From positions 131,855 to 195,854 of the forward strand of contig CAXNKU010000002.1 of the NCBI GenBank assembly GCA_964203045.1: 64,000 nucleotides of DNA, written 5' to 3'. Positions 27,775 to 37,263 of the stretch are shown here, one piece after another. Under the pieces are notes generated by a model. That model saw only the letters and a program-made list of their open reading frames with translations, made no database searches and was not told the origin of the DNA. Both the position numbers and the translations under genes were made by a program. The DNA is from Gaiellales bacterium (GTDB lineage: Bacteria; Actinomycetota; Thermoleophilia; Gaiellales; F1-60-MAGs149). The stretch's first letter is position 1. Every line of letters starts with the position of its first letter.

Positions 27775-28921
27775 CTAGAGCGAGATGCGCGAACCCATCG
27801 GCGTGTCGTAGCGCGTGAACGGCATCTCGGCGGGGATCCGCTCGAGCGCGAAGGCCTTGGCGTCCGGCCACAACTCTCGACCTTCCGTCAGGTCGGCAAG
27901 GATCTCGCCCAATACGGGCGTGAACTTCATGGCATGCCCACAGCAACCCGCTGCGACCACGATCGCCCCACGGCGGCCATACGTGTACTCCGCATCCGGA
28001 GTCATCGTCCACGGGCAGGCCTCTGTCATGTACGGGCCATCCGTGACGAGTCCGGGCGCATGCGTTGCAACCCACTCGCGATTGCACTCCTCCTCGAATT
28101 CGCGACGCTCCCACTCGGTGGCATCAGAAAACCAGGCCGCCTCGTCGCCATAATCGAGACCAATCTTGTAGCCCTTGCCTGGCGTCGGCAGACCGTAGAC
28201 GCCCATCTTGCCGTCGGCCTGAAAATCGACAAGCGACGGACGGCGCCCAGGTGCCCCCTCCACGCCAGTACGAGACCTGCCCAATCGCTGGGACGAGCGG
28301 GAGGCTAAAGCCGAGCGGTGGCAGCAACTCCTCCGCCCACGGCCCGGCGGCGATGACTGCCGCATCGGCCTCGATCACGCGCAGGTCCGTCGTGACGCGC
28401 ACACCCGCGGGCGTCTCGGTGATCTCCAGCATTCGTTCGGGCATCGCCAATTCGGCGCCGGCTGCCCGTGCCGCAGCAGCAATCGCGGCCAGACCTCGTC
28501 GAGCAAAGACGACACCATCGGCAGGGACCAAGACTGCGGGCTCGTCTGGGCGAAACGCCAACTCGGGGAAGACGCGCTCAACGCCGGCCGCATCGAGCTC
28601 CTCAACCACGAGCCCCTCATCGCGCATCGCGGTCACCCACGCCGGTACGGGTTCTCCGCGGAGGATCAGGCCGACTTGATCGATCAGCTGCTCGCCACTC
28701 AGCTGCTCTAGCTCGCGCCACAATTCGAGCGCGCGGCGTGCGAGGCGGATATCTTCGGGACGATCGTGGGCGAGACGAAAGATGCGGGTCTCGCCCGCCG
28801 ACGAGCCAGCGGGTGCCGAGATGCCGTGCCGATCGATGCCGATCACGTCGTGGCCACGCTCGGCCAGCACTCGCGCGGTCGGCAAGCCCATCGCACCAAG
28901 GCCGACGACGACAACTTTCAT
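27775..28921 (-). pseudogene. monomeric sarcosine oxidase/SolA-like FAD oxidoreductase, frameshifted at a C5 run (28264-28268)
   Basis: The N-terminal part (MKVVVVGLGAMG...AIGQVSYWRGG) is in the frame of ORF 28124..29104. The C-terminal part (APGRRPSLVDF...GCCGHAMKF...) is in the frame of ORF 27775..28365. Removing one G from GGGGG (minus strand) restores a single ORF. Confidence 0.8.
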
Positions 28922-30168
28922 CGCGACATCGCCGACTGTCGCGCGACCACACCAGCGAGCACGAGATCCGCGGACCGACGCCCTGCGCGCAGCGCGCCAT
29001 CGATCGAAGCATTCTCGGTACCGTCTCCCGACACCACGACGGAGTCCCTCAACCAATGCGCACCGGTGCTCAGCGAACCGGGCGGCTGGGCGTGCTGAGC
29101 CCACTCAATGCGATCCGTCCGCAACAGGCGCCACGTATCAACACGACCACCAAACCAGCTTGTGAGTTGGGCGTACGCAGCCGACGCGAGCGCCGCATCA
29201 TCCCCTCTAAAGGGCATGCCAACACACGACGCCGCGACCAGCGAGCGGCCGGATGGAGCGTACGACGGTGCAACAGCGCTCATCACCGCGACATTGTTGA
29301 CTGGGCCGACGCCATCACCATCGAGCACGATGCGACGCCCGGCAGGCGCCTCGGGCGCGTCGAACCAGAGGCACGTCGAGCCTCGGGGGGCAGGTGCTTC
29401 GACACCCGCCAGCGTGCAGGTGTCGTCGGTGCCAGCGGCGATCACAACCGCAATCTCCGCGCGCAGCTTTTCACCAGACTCGAGCGTCACGCTGCGCTTG
29501 CCGACTTTTGCCACCCGCTCGTTGAGACGAATTGCACCCGCAGGCAGTCGTGCCGCCAGCTGCTCGGAGATAGCCCCCATGCCGCGAGCCGGTACAACCG
29601 TGCGGCCCGCCGCCATCTGCAAGAAGACTTGATCCAGGAGGCGGCTCGAGACTCCGAGCTCTCGATCGAGAAACACGCCGGCGTAAAGCGGACGCAAGAG
29701 ATGCTCGCGCATGTCGTCAGAGAAGCCCAGCGAGCGTAATCGCTCGTCGGCCGTCACCTCGGGCGCGGTCGCAGTGGCCAGCGGACGGGCGTCGCGCAAC
29801 CACTTGGCGGCCGCCCGAATGTCGCGTGGCTTGCCGAGGCCAGCACGCAATGCGTCTGGCAGTGAGCGCGGGTCGCGCAGCGGATGACCAATCGTGCGCA
29901 TGCGCCCGTCCCACCAGATGTCCGCACCCGGCAGAAAGGCACGCAGATCGAGCGCCTCGAGATCGAGCGCTCGCTGTGCCTCCGGGTAGCCATCGAATAG
30001 CACCTGAAAGCCGCGGTCGAGCAAGAAGCCATCAACCGCATCCGTACGCACACGTCCCCCAACACCATCAGACGCCTCGACGACTACGACTTCGAGGCCG
30101 CGCTCGATCAAGAGGCCAGCGCAACGCAGACCCGAAAGTCCCGCTCCAATCACAATCACGTCAGCCAT
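28918..30168 (-). CDS. flavin-containing amine-oxidase/desaturase-family oxidoreductase
   Basis: Start at the internal ATG (MADVIVIGAGLSGL...). GxGxxG plus EA...GGR typical of PF01593 proteins. Its stop overlaps the downstream start (ATGA). Confidence 0.7.
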   Translation of the reverse strand: MADVIVIGAGLSGLRCAGLLIERGLEVVVVEASDGVGGRVRTDAVDGFLLDRGFQVLFDGYPEAQRALDLEALDLRAFLPGADIWWDGRMRTIGHPLRDPRSLPDALRAGLGKPRDIRAAAKWLRDARPLATATAPEVTADERLRSLGFSDDMREHLLRPLYAGVFLDRELGVSSRLLDQVFLQMAAGRTVVPARGMGAISEQLAARLPAGAIRLNERVAKVGKRSVTLESGEKLRAEIAVVIAAGTDDTCTLAGVEAPAPRGSTCLWFDAPEAPAGRRIVLDGDGVGPVNNVAVMSAVAPSYAPSGRSLVAASCVGMPFRGDDAALASAAYAQLTSWFGGRVDTWRLLRTDRIEWAQHAQPPGSLSTGAHWLRDSVVVSGDGTENASIDGALRAGRRSADLVLAGVVARQSAMSR

Positions 30169-30208
30169 AGGCACGAGTTTGCCATGGGTTTGCGTTTGAT
30201 GCGATATG

Positions 30209-30254
30209 AGGACAGGCGACATTTTGGGCCCGGGCCCAGAATGTCGCCTGTCCT
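30209..30254. repeat. family-2-related 46-bp near-perfect palindrome in a divergent promoter region
   Basis: AGGACAGGCGACATTTTGGGCCCGGGCCCAGAATGTCGCCTGTCCT. It shares the TGGGCCCGGGCCCA centre with the copies near 27.5 kb. Confidence 0.9.
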
Positions 30255-30309
30255 TCCGAAACGCTGCTAAAGCTCGCGCCGCGGCAAGACGCGGCGCGAA
30301 GGGTCGTAT

Positions 30310-31074
30310 ATGCCCGAGTTACCCGAAGCCGAAAAGGCACGCCGGACGCTAGAACGCCTCTGCGTCGGTCTGCGCATTGTTCACGTCGAGGATGACGACG
30401 AATGGGTGTGCCGCCCACACGAGCCGGGCGAGATCAATAGCGCGCTGCGCGAATCAATCGTGACCGCGGCGGGACGCCACGGCAAGTTTCTCTGGCTCGA
30501 AACCAACAGTGGACACGAGCTGGGACTGCATCTCGGCATGGGCGGATCAATTCGCAGCGCACCGAAGCCGTCACCACGCAACTGGGACCGCATCACCCTC
30601 ATCTTTGACGACGGGTCGCGCGTCGCCCTCCGCGACAAGCGGCGGTTGTCGCGCGCGCACCTCGGCGCCGGCATCGACAAGCTTGGACCCGACGCCTTGA
30701 CGATTACTCCCGCAGCCTTCCGCAAGCGGGTCGGTGCGGGCCGTGCACCGATCAAAGCGCGCCTGCTCGATCAGGCGGTACTCGCGGGTGTAGGCAACCT
30801 GCTCGCCGACGAGGCGTTGTTCGACGCGATGATCAATCCCCGACAGCCCGCGGGGACGCTGTCGACAGACGCGCTCAATCAGCTGCGCTCGTCTCTGAGG
30901 CTCGCCCTGAACGAAGCTCTGACGCCGAAGGGTGGCTCGGGTCGGGGCCGCTTCGCGCGGGCTCGCCGTGGCGGCCAGTGCCCACGTTGCAGCTGCGAAC
31001 TCGAGCGCGCCACCGTCGGCGGGCGCACGACGTACTGGTGCCCCAACGAGCAGGTCATGACGGAGACGTCATAA
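30310..31074 (+). CDS. Fpg/Nei-family DNA glycosylase/AP lyase
   Basis: N-terminal MPELPE catalytic motif, an H2TH region, and a C-terminal zinc finger (CPRCSCELERATVGGRTTYWCPNEQ). Confidence 0.85.
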   Translation: MPELPEAEKARRTLERLCVGLRIVHVEDDDEWVCRPHEPGEINSALRESIVTAAGRHGKFLWLETNSGHELGLHLGMGGSIRSAPKPSPRNWDRITLIFDDGSRVALRDKRRLSRAHLGAGIDKLGPDALTITPAAFRKRVGAGRAPIKARLLDQAVLAGVGNLLADEALFDAMINPRQPAGTLSTDALNQLRSSLRLALNEALTPKGGSGRGRFARARRGGQCPRCSCELERATVGGRTTYWCPNEQVMTETS

Positions 31075-32621
31075 CCCGTCTGGTTTGGATCCAAGGCACG
31101 CAGCTATCGCTGCGTAACAGCGCCCTCGCCGCCGCCGATCGTGAGCACGACCGCGTCGTGCTGATCGAATCGCTGCCGCAGGTCCTTCGGGGACGTCTGC
31201 ATCGCCATAAGGTCACGCTGGTTCTGGCTGCCATGCGACGCTTCGCCGAGGAGCTACGCGCCGACGGCTGGCAGGTCGACGAGTTTCGTCTCGAGCTCGA
31301 GCTCGGATTCGCCGAGGCCCTCAAGCGCGCGGTGACCAGCCACGCTGCCTCCGAGGTGCTCGTGATGGAGCTACCCGGGTGGCAGGCACAGGCCAACCTT
31401 CCTCGGATAGCGGAGGCGATCGGCTGCCCGATCCAGACCACTCTCGACTCGCACTTTCTCTGTGGGCGCAAGCAGTTCGCCGACTGGGCAGGGACGCGAC
31501 GCCGGCTGCGGATGCAGGACTTTTATGCGTGGATGCGCCGAGAGCACGACGTGCTGCTGGACGACGGTGAGCCGTGTGGTGGCAAGTGGTCTTTTGATCA
31601 CGACAACCGCGAGACCTTCGCCGCCTGGCGTCGCAGCGACGAGCGCGCGCAACCGACCCCGCCACCACCAATCGATCGGGACGACGCGGTGCTGGCAGCC
31701 GTCCAGGCCGACATCGATCGACACGCTCCGGGCCTGCCTGGTCGAGCCGAGGACTTCTGGCTCCCCACCACGCGAGCAGAGAGCCTCAGGTGGCTGACAG
31801 ATTTTGTCGAGCAACGTCTAGCGGGCTTCGGTCCGTTCGAAGATGTCAGTGACCCTGACGACCCATGGCTGCGGCACTCGACGCTTTCGCCCCTCCTCAA
31901 CATCGGTCTGCTCGAGCCACGCGAATGCATTGCCGCGGCCGAAGCTGCCTACCGCGCCGGTGCTGCACCGCTGGCCTCCGTCGAGGGCTTCATTCGGCAG
32001 GTCCTCGGCTGGCGCGAGTACGTCAACGGCGTCTACTGGCGCGAGATGCCGGGCTACGCAGCCCTCAACGAGCTCGATGCACACGCCCCCGTCCCCCCGG
32101 CTCTCACGGGCGCAGCGACCACTGACCTCAGGTGCGTCCAACACGTCGCCGACACTGTCGAGCGCTACGCGTGGGCGCATCACATCGATCGTCTGATGAT
32201 CGCCGGCAACCTGATGCTCCTGCTCGGTACCGAGCCGCAGGCCGCCAACGCGTGGTTTCGGGAGCGCTTTGCGGACGGCTACGACTGGGTGATGCAAGCG
32301 AATGTCACCGGTATGAGCCTGCACGCAGATGGTGGTCTGATGGCGACGAAACCCTATGCGGCCGGTGGCGCGTACCTCAAGCGCATGACCGGCCACTGCA
32401 GCGGCTGCCGTTTCGATCCGCGTCAACGCACCGGCGACGACGCCTGTCCCTTCACCACGCTCTACTGGGATTTCACCGCCCGCCACCATGCCCGCTTAGC
32501 CGCCAACCCACGCACGTCGCAGGCTGCCCGAGGCTGGGAGCGATTCGCAGCCGAGGAACAGGCACTGATTCGCGCTCGAGCAGCAACGGTCGCAGAGGCA
32601 ATCAGCACCGGCACGCTCTGA
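31038..32621 (+). CDS. cryptochrome/photolyase-family protein of the Fe-S (FeS-BCP / PhrB-CryB-like) type
   Basis: LVWIQGTQLS N-terminus and four C-terminal Cys (CSGCRFDP....DDACPFTTLYWDF), as in COG3046 proteins. The start is uncertain: the only canonical in-frame start near the conserved N-terminus is GTG 31038, which overlaps fpg by 37 nt. Confidence 0.75.
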   Translation: MPQRAGHDGDVITRLVWIQGTQLSLRNSALAAADREHDRVVLIESLPQVLRGRLHRHKVTLVLAAMRRFAEELRADGWQVDEFRLELELGFAEALKRAVTSHAASEVLVMELPGWQAQANLPRIAEAIGCPIQTTLDSHFLCGRKQFADWAGTRRRLRMQDFYAWMRREHDVLLDDGEPCGGKWSFDHDNRETFAAWRRSDERAQPTPPPPIDRDDAVLAAVQADIDRHAPGLPGRAEDFWLPTTRAESLRWLTDFVEQRLAGFGPFEDVSDPDDPWLRHSTLSPLLNIGLLEPRECIAAAEAAYRAGAAPLASVEGFIRQVLGWREYVNGVYWREMPGYAALNELDAHAPVPPALTGAATTDLRCVQHVADTVERYAWAHHIDRLMIAGNLMLLLGTEPQAANAWFRERFADGYDWVMQANVTGMSLHADGGLMATKPYAAGGAYLKRMTGHCSGCRFDPRQRTGDDACPFTTLYWDFTARHHARLAANPRTSQAARGWERFAAEEQALIRARAATVAEAISTGTL

Positions 32622-32642
32622 GAGGAGGCGTATGCTGCCTGC

Positions 32643-33191
32643 GTGTACCGCTCGCTCCAAGGCCAGTTATTGATCGCAATGCCAACGCTCGGCGACCCGA
32701 ATTTTGCCGGCACGGTCGTGTTGATTACCGAGCACTCCGACGAGGGTGCGATGGGCCTCATACTCAATCGCCCGCTCGGAGTAACAGTCGCCAGCGCCGT
32801 ACCAATCCTCAGCGAATTCGTCACTGAGGACGCCAGCGTGCACTCGGGAGGGCCCGTCCAACCCGAAGCAGTGATGGCGCTTGGCGACTTTGTTGATGGC
32901 GAGCGCTCGGCCGCGATCGCCTTTGGCAGCGTCGGCTTTCTGCCCGCCGATGCCGACGAAACCCTCGACCCGACGACGCTCGTTCGTGCCCGCGTCTTCG
33001 CTGGCTACTCCGGTTGGAGTGCGGGCCAGCTTGAAGACGAACTCGAAGACGAGGCATGGGTGTTGGTCGAGGCCGAGATCGACGATTGCTTTACGGAGGA
33101 CCCAGAGACGCTCTGGCGCAACGTCCTTCGCCGCCATGGTGGTGCGATCGCGGTGTTTGCACTCCAGCCCGATGATCCGTCGCTCAACTGA
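32643..33191 (+). CDS. YqgE/AlgH-family protein (UPF0301)
   Basis: 182 aa. LLIAMPTLGDPNFAGTVVLITEHSDEGAMGLILNRP is the family signature. Confidence 0.8.
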   Translation: MYRSLQGQLLIAMPTLGDPNFAGTVVLITEHSDEGAMGLILNRPLGVTVASAVPILSEFVTEDASVHSGGPVQPEAVMALGDFVDGERSAAIAFGSVGFLPADADETLDPTTLVRARVFAGYSGWSAGQLEDELEDEAWVLVEAEIDDCFTEDPETLWRNVLRRHGGAIAVFALQPDDPSLN

Positions 33192-34435
33192 TGGCGACTG
33201 TCCAGACGCCACGTCGGATTTCGCAGTGGACGCTACGCCTCGCCGCCGGCCAGGCCGCGACCAGCGCCGCGATTCCCCTCAACGCCAGCGTCGGCGCCGT
33301 CGCGACTGCACACCTCTCGGGGCACGAGGGCATGTCGGGTACCAGCGTTGGCCTCGCGCTCCTATCGAGCGTGGCCGCGCTGTGGGTGGCTGGTCGCGTC
33401 AGTGACCGCCACGGCCGCCTCCCCGTCCTGACGGCAGGACTCGCACTGCTGACGGTCGGTGCGGTCATCTGCGCACTGGCAATCGTGACGAAGTCGTACC
33501 CCTTGCTGGTGCTCGGCACGATCGTCTTCGGCTGTGGCCAGGGGCCGGCAATGATGCACCGCGCGGCTGCCGCCGACCTCTACCCGCTCGCACAGCGAGC
33601 CCACGGCGTCGGCCTCGTCGTCTCGGCCGGCGCGATCGGCAGCATTATCGGCCCACTGCTCGGCTCGGGGCTCGTGCTGGTTGCCGGCGTGTTGAGTCTC
33701 AACGAAAGCGCCGCCCCGTGGTTCCTCGTGCCGATCACAGCGATCGCAGCCCTCATGCTCGTGCGCGGCATCGCAGTCGATCCGCGCGACGTGGCACGCC
33801 ACCTCAGCGACTACTTTCCTGGTGCGGAGGATGAGCCCGAACACGGCGAACCACGCACCCGCCGTGAGCTCCTCCAGTTGAAGCCCGCCCGTGCCGCGAT
33901 CACTGCCTCCGCGCTGATCCAAGCCGCCATGGTTGGCGTGATGGGCGTCACGGCTGTGGTGCTGAATAAGCAGGGCATGGGTCCAGCGGTGATTGGCATC
34001 TTTATCTCCGCCCACTTCCTCGGCATGTTTGGGTTGGCCGCACCGCTTGGTCGGCTCGCCGACCGGGCCGGGCGACGCCGCACGCTGATCGCCGGCATCC
34101 TCGTCACCGTTGTCGGGTCCGTCGGCACGTCGCTGCTCGGCCACTCGATCGCGATCCTCCCCTTCTTCTTCCTACTCGGCCTCGGCTGGTGTGCAAGCTG
34201 GGTAGCAGGCACGACGGTCTTGGCGGATGTGACGACGCCACAGGAGCGTGGGCGCCTGACGGCAACGAACGATCAGATCGTCGCGCTCTTTGGTGCCGCA
34301 GCGGTCATTTCTGCTGGCTTCGTGCTCGACCGCTTTGGTTTTCCAGCCGTCGGCATCAGCTTGGCGGCGCTGCTGCTGATTGCTCTAATCCCCGTGCTTC
34401 GCCTTCGCGAGCCGACACCGGGCGTCTACAGCTAG
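33191..34435 (+). CDS. MFS transporter
   Basis: 414 aa with 12 predicted helices and a GRxSDRxGRR-type loop (GRVSDRHGRLP; LADRAGRRRT). Its ATG overlaps the upstream TGA. Confidence 0.8.
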   Translation: MATVQTPRRISQWTLRLAAGQAATSAAIPLNASVGAVATAHLSGHEGMSGTSVGLALLSSVAALWVAGRVSDRHGRLPVLTAGLALLTVGAVICALAIVTKSYPLLVLGTIVFGCGQGPAMMHRAAAADLYPLAQRAHGVGLVVSAGAIGSIIGPLLGSGLVLVAGVLSLNESAAPWFLVPITAIAALMLVRGIAVDPRDVARHLSDYFPGAEDEPEHGEPRTRRELLQLKPARAAITASALIQAAMVGVMGVTAVVLNKQGMGPAVIGIFISAHFLGMFGLAAPLGRLADRAGRRRTLIAGILVTVVGSVGTSLLGHSIAILPFFFLLGLGWCASWVAGTTVLADVTTPQERGRLTATNDQIVALFGAAAVISAGFVLDRFGFPAVGISLAALLLIALIPVLRLREPTPGVYS

Positions 34436-34469
34436 CGTCTCCCCGCTACACCCGTCGTACACTCCCTGC

Positions 34470-34540
34470 GGGCCGGTAGCTCGAAGGTCGAGCAGGAGAC
34501 TTTTAATCTCTCGGTCAGGGTTCGATTCCCTGTCGGCCCA
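34470..34540 (+). tRNA. tRNA-Lys (anticodon TTT)
   Basis: Manual cloverleaf: acceptor GGGCCGG/TCGGCCC, D-arm GCTC-GAAGGTC-GAGC, anticodon stem GGAGA/TCTCT with loop CTTTTAA, 4-nt variable loop, T-arm CAGGG-TTCGATT-CCCTG, discriminator A. Confidence 0.8.
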
Positions 34541-34552
34541 TGCGGTCCGGGA

Positions 34553-36445
34553 TCAGGCAAGCACGAGGATCTGGTCGTCCTCGCTAAACGTGACCGGCTT
34601 GCTTTTCGGCGGATTGAGGACAACACCACCACCGAGCGTCACATCGCCATGATCATCGCCAACGCGGCGATAGCCAACACAGACGTGGCCACGCCGGCGG
34701 GCCGCTGCCACGACGTCGGCGAAGGATTGCTCTTCGCCCGTGGTGACATAGCGCGACGCAGGAACGAGCACGAGCTCGACTCCCTGGGCATCAAAGAGGT
34801 CGGCGAAGACGCCACGGAGATCCGCGTTCTCCGACAACTGCGCGAGCATCAGACTCGTCAGGCGCTCGCTGACGACGAAGTCGTCGGGGTTTGCAATGCG
34901 CGCCAACTCGACATCGCGAACGTCGAGCAGTTCGGTGACGAGACGCACACCGTGGTTTGGGCTGCCCTCGACTTCTGTCGCCTGACGCACCTGCAGGAGC
35001 GTCAGCAGCGTGCGGGCATCGCTGTCTGCGACATCGCCCGTGCGGTAGCAGAGGATGATCACCTGGTCGTAGGCGCTTCGACCGATCTCGGCGGCCAATA
35101 ACTGGCCATCGATCGTGTCCATCTCGACGAGGTCAATCACCATGTTTTCCACCGCAGCAGCGCGCGGTGCCATGCCCGTCCGTGCCGGGTCGAATAGCAC
35201 GCGCACCTCCGAACCGGGCGCAACGTAGCGATCCAATTCGCGCAGCACGAGCGGCGCCATCGCGTTCCAACCGATCACGAGGGTTCGCTCGACCTTCAAT
35301 TCGAGCGGTGGCTCAGAGGCTGTCGCCGCGGCCTGCCCCGGGACGATTTCGCCGTCGAGCATCACGGTGTCGTCGTCTGCCGAAATCGCGATAACTTGGT
35401 CGCCATCGGCAAAGACACGCTGCATCGGAGGGCTCAGAGTGACCGTGCCATCAGCCGCTCGCACACCAATCACGGCCGACGATTCGTACAGCGTCAGGCA
35501 GTCGCCAAACGTATGGCCCGTCAGCTTGGGCTCGGCTTGGAAGTAGATCTCAATACCGTCGAAATCGAGCAAGTCTTGGAACACGAAACTGAGCCCGGCC
35601 TGGCGGCAGACCTGAGCGGTGATCCGTGAGATCACATCGCTGGTGACCACGACGCCGAGCCGGCCCCCGGTGGCTCGCTCGAGTGCCTGAGCCGAATCGG
35701 CCTCTAAGAATTCGGCCGTGACACGAAGGTGTTCAAAGCCCGCATCAAAGCCCATCAAGGCCAGAATCGTCTTGACCGTTTGTGGGTCGCCAGCCTCGTC
35801 GTCGGCGAGTACCAAGACAGACTTCGCCTCCATCGGACGCACGAGTGCCAGATCCGAAGGATCCGACGGGTCGCCCGATCGGCAAATCACACGAGTGCGG
35901 CGCGGTCCACTGGCACGGGCCCGAACCTCGTCTTCCATCTCGACCTTGTCGCGCGGAGCAAGGACAACCACGCTCGGGTTGCGCTGGTTCTTGTTGGCAA
36001 CCTCGATCTCGGTGAGGACTTGATGCAGCTTTGGCGACCAGCCAAGAATCAGCGTGTGCCCCTCTTCCACGACCAGCGAACGTCCCTTGCGCAGCTCATC
36101 GAGCTTGCGATTAATGCCGGCGCCGATCAGTCCGATCAGGGTCGACAACACAAAGATGCCAGCAACCGTCACCAACAATGCGACGATTCGCCACGACCAA
36201 TCCTGATCTGCACCAAGCGCGCCTTTGGCGAGCGCGAGCATCAGACTCGTCCAGACGCCCTCAAAAAAGCTGGTCTGGCTTTCGTCGGCAGTGCGGAGGC
36301 CGAGCAGTGAGATGATCAGCCCGGCGATAAGCACCACCACCAGCGTCACGGCGGCCAGCCACCCCATCACGCCGATCGTGCCCCGAGACAACGTCGCCTC
36401 GAAGCGATAGCGCAGGCGATCTCGTGTGGTGATTGGACGGCTCAT
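34553..36445 (-). CDS. CASTOR/POLLUX-related putative ion channel with RCK/TrkA-like domains
   Basis: 630 aa. The N-terminal RLRYRFEATLSRG motif and 3-4 TM helices are followed by two Rossmann-like RCK regions. Confidence 0.65.
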   Translation of the reverse strand: MSRPITTRDRLRYRFEATLSRGTIGVMGWLAAVTLVVVLIAGLIISLLGLRTADESQTSFFEGVWTSLMLALAKGALGADQDWSWRIVALLVTVAGIFVLSTLIGLIGAGINRKLDELRKGRSLVVEEGHTLILGWSPKLHQVLTEIEVANKNQRNPSVVVLAPRDKVEMEDEVRARASGPRRTRVICRSGDPSDPSDLALVRPMEAKSVLVLADDEAGDPQTVKTILALMGFDAGFEHLRVTAEFLEADSAQALERATGGRLGVVVTSDVISRITAQVCRQAGLSFVFQDLLDFDGIEIYFQAEPKLTGHTFGDCLTLYESSAVIGVRAADGTVTLSPPMQRVFADGDQVIAISADDDTVMLDGEIVPGQAAATASEPPLELKVERTLVIGWNAMAPLVLRELDRYVAPGSEVRVLFDPARTGMAPRAAAVENMVIDLVEMDTIDGQLLAAEIGRSAYDQVIILCYRTGDVADSDARTLLTLLQVRQATEVEGSPNHGVRLVTELLDVRDVELARIANPDDFVVSERLTSLMLAQLSENADLRGVFADLFDAQGVELVLVPASRYVTTGEEQSFADVVAAARRRGHVCVGYRRVGDDHGDVTLGGGVVLNPPKSKPVTFSEDDQILVLA

Positions 36446-36500
36446 GAACGCGTAGGACTATACCAACGTCAGGGTCGATTCGACTAGAGCGCGAGAAGAG

Positions 36501-36640
36501 TCAGGCGCCGGTTGACGAACCAGCGCCAACGGCAACCTGCTGGTCGACAGCGAGCGAACGCTGCGCGCTATAGGCGAACACAACAAGCAGGAGCCGGTTG
36601 AGCGCGAGCGCCAACAGACCGAGACCGATCGCCAACGAAA
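36501..36640 (-). pseudogene. relic 3' fragment of a paralog of the membrane-protein gene 39782..41092
   Basis: About 140 nt align with 39782-39926. The minus-strand translation ...LGLLALALNRLLLVVFAYSAQRSLAVDQQVAVGAGSSTGA* matches ...LGLLALALNRILLVIFSHRAQRALAAEQQTTVGAGSSTDA*. No upstream remainder of the gene is present. Confidence 0.6.
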
Positions 36641-36674
36641 GGTGACCTCACTGTCATACCTGCTAACGTAAAAT

Positions 36675-37253
36675 ATGAACCAAAAAGCAACCGACACCGC
36701 TCCAGAAGTCATAATGTTTGTGCGCCATGGTGAGAAACCAGGTGAAGACACTGAGCCCCATGGTGTTAACGCAGAAGGTAAACACGACAGTCACTCACTT
36801 TCGGTATTGGGTTGGACGCGAGCCGGAGCGCTAGCTGGCTTTTTTGCCCATGCACCCTCGGAGGCTCATCCGCACGTCGTCAAGCCTGAACGGATTTTGG
36901 CAACGAGGCCAACACCCGATGCAAAAAGTAAGCGCGAGATCGACACCGCAACACCCACCGCCCGACGACTAAACCTCGAGATTGAAGACGATCACACCCA
37001 CGGCAATGAGTCAAACCTGGTTTCTGAAGTACTTGGCCGCCCCGAATCCACCCTGATCGTCTGGCACCACGGCACTATGGCGAAAATTGTGCGGCACTTC
37101 CCGGTTGTAAATAAGGAAGACATCCCGCACCGCTGGCCGGATGAGCGATTTGACCTAATTTGGGTTCTCGTGCGGCAACCTGGTGACGAACTGGCATATC
37201 GATTTGTTGTGGTGCCGCAATTGTTGCTGGCTGACGACGTAGAAACTGAATAG
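36675..37253 (+). CDS. histidine phosphatase-superfamily protein
   Basis: 192 aa with an N-terminal RHGE catalytic motif (FVRHGEKPG) and a later conserved His (VWHHG). Confidence 0.6.
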   Translation: MNQKATDTAPEVIMFVRHGEKPGEDTEPHGVNAEGKHDSHSLSVLGWTRAGALAGFFAHAPSEAHPHVVKPERILATRPTPDAKSKREIDTATPTARRLNLEIEDDHTHGNESNLVSEVLGRPESTLIVWHHGTMAKIVRHFPVVNKEDIPHRWPDERFDLIWVLVRQPGDELAYRFVVVPQLLLADDVETE

Positions 37254-37263
37254 GACTCCCCAG

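Noticed and set aside
34470-36640. tRNA-Lys as the integration site (attB) for the low-GC cassette.
   Set aside because: A complete host-like CASTOR/POLLUX-type gene separates the tRNA from the cassette. I saw no repeat of the tRNA 3' end at the cassette borders, and no integrase gene.
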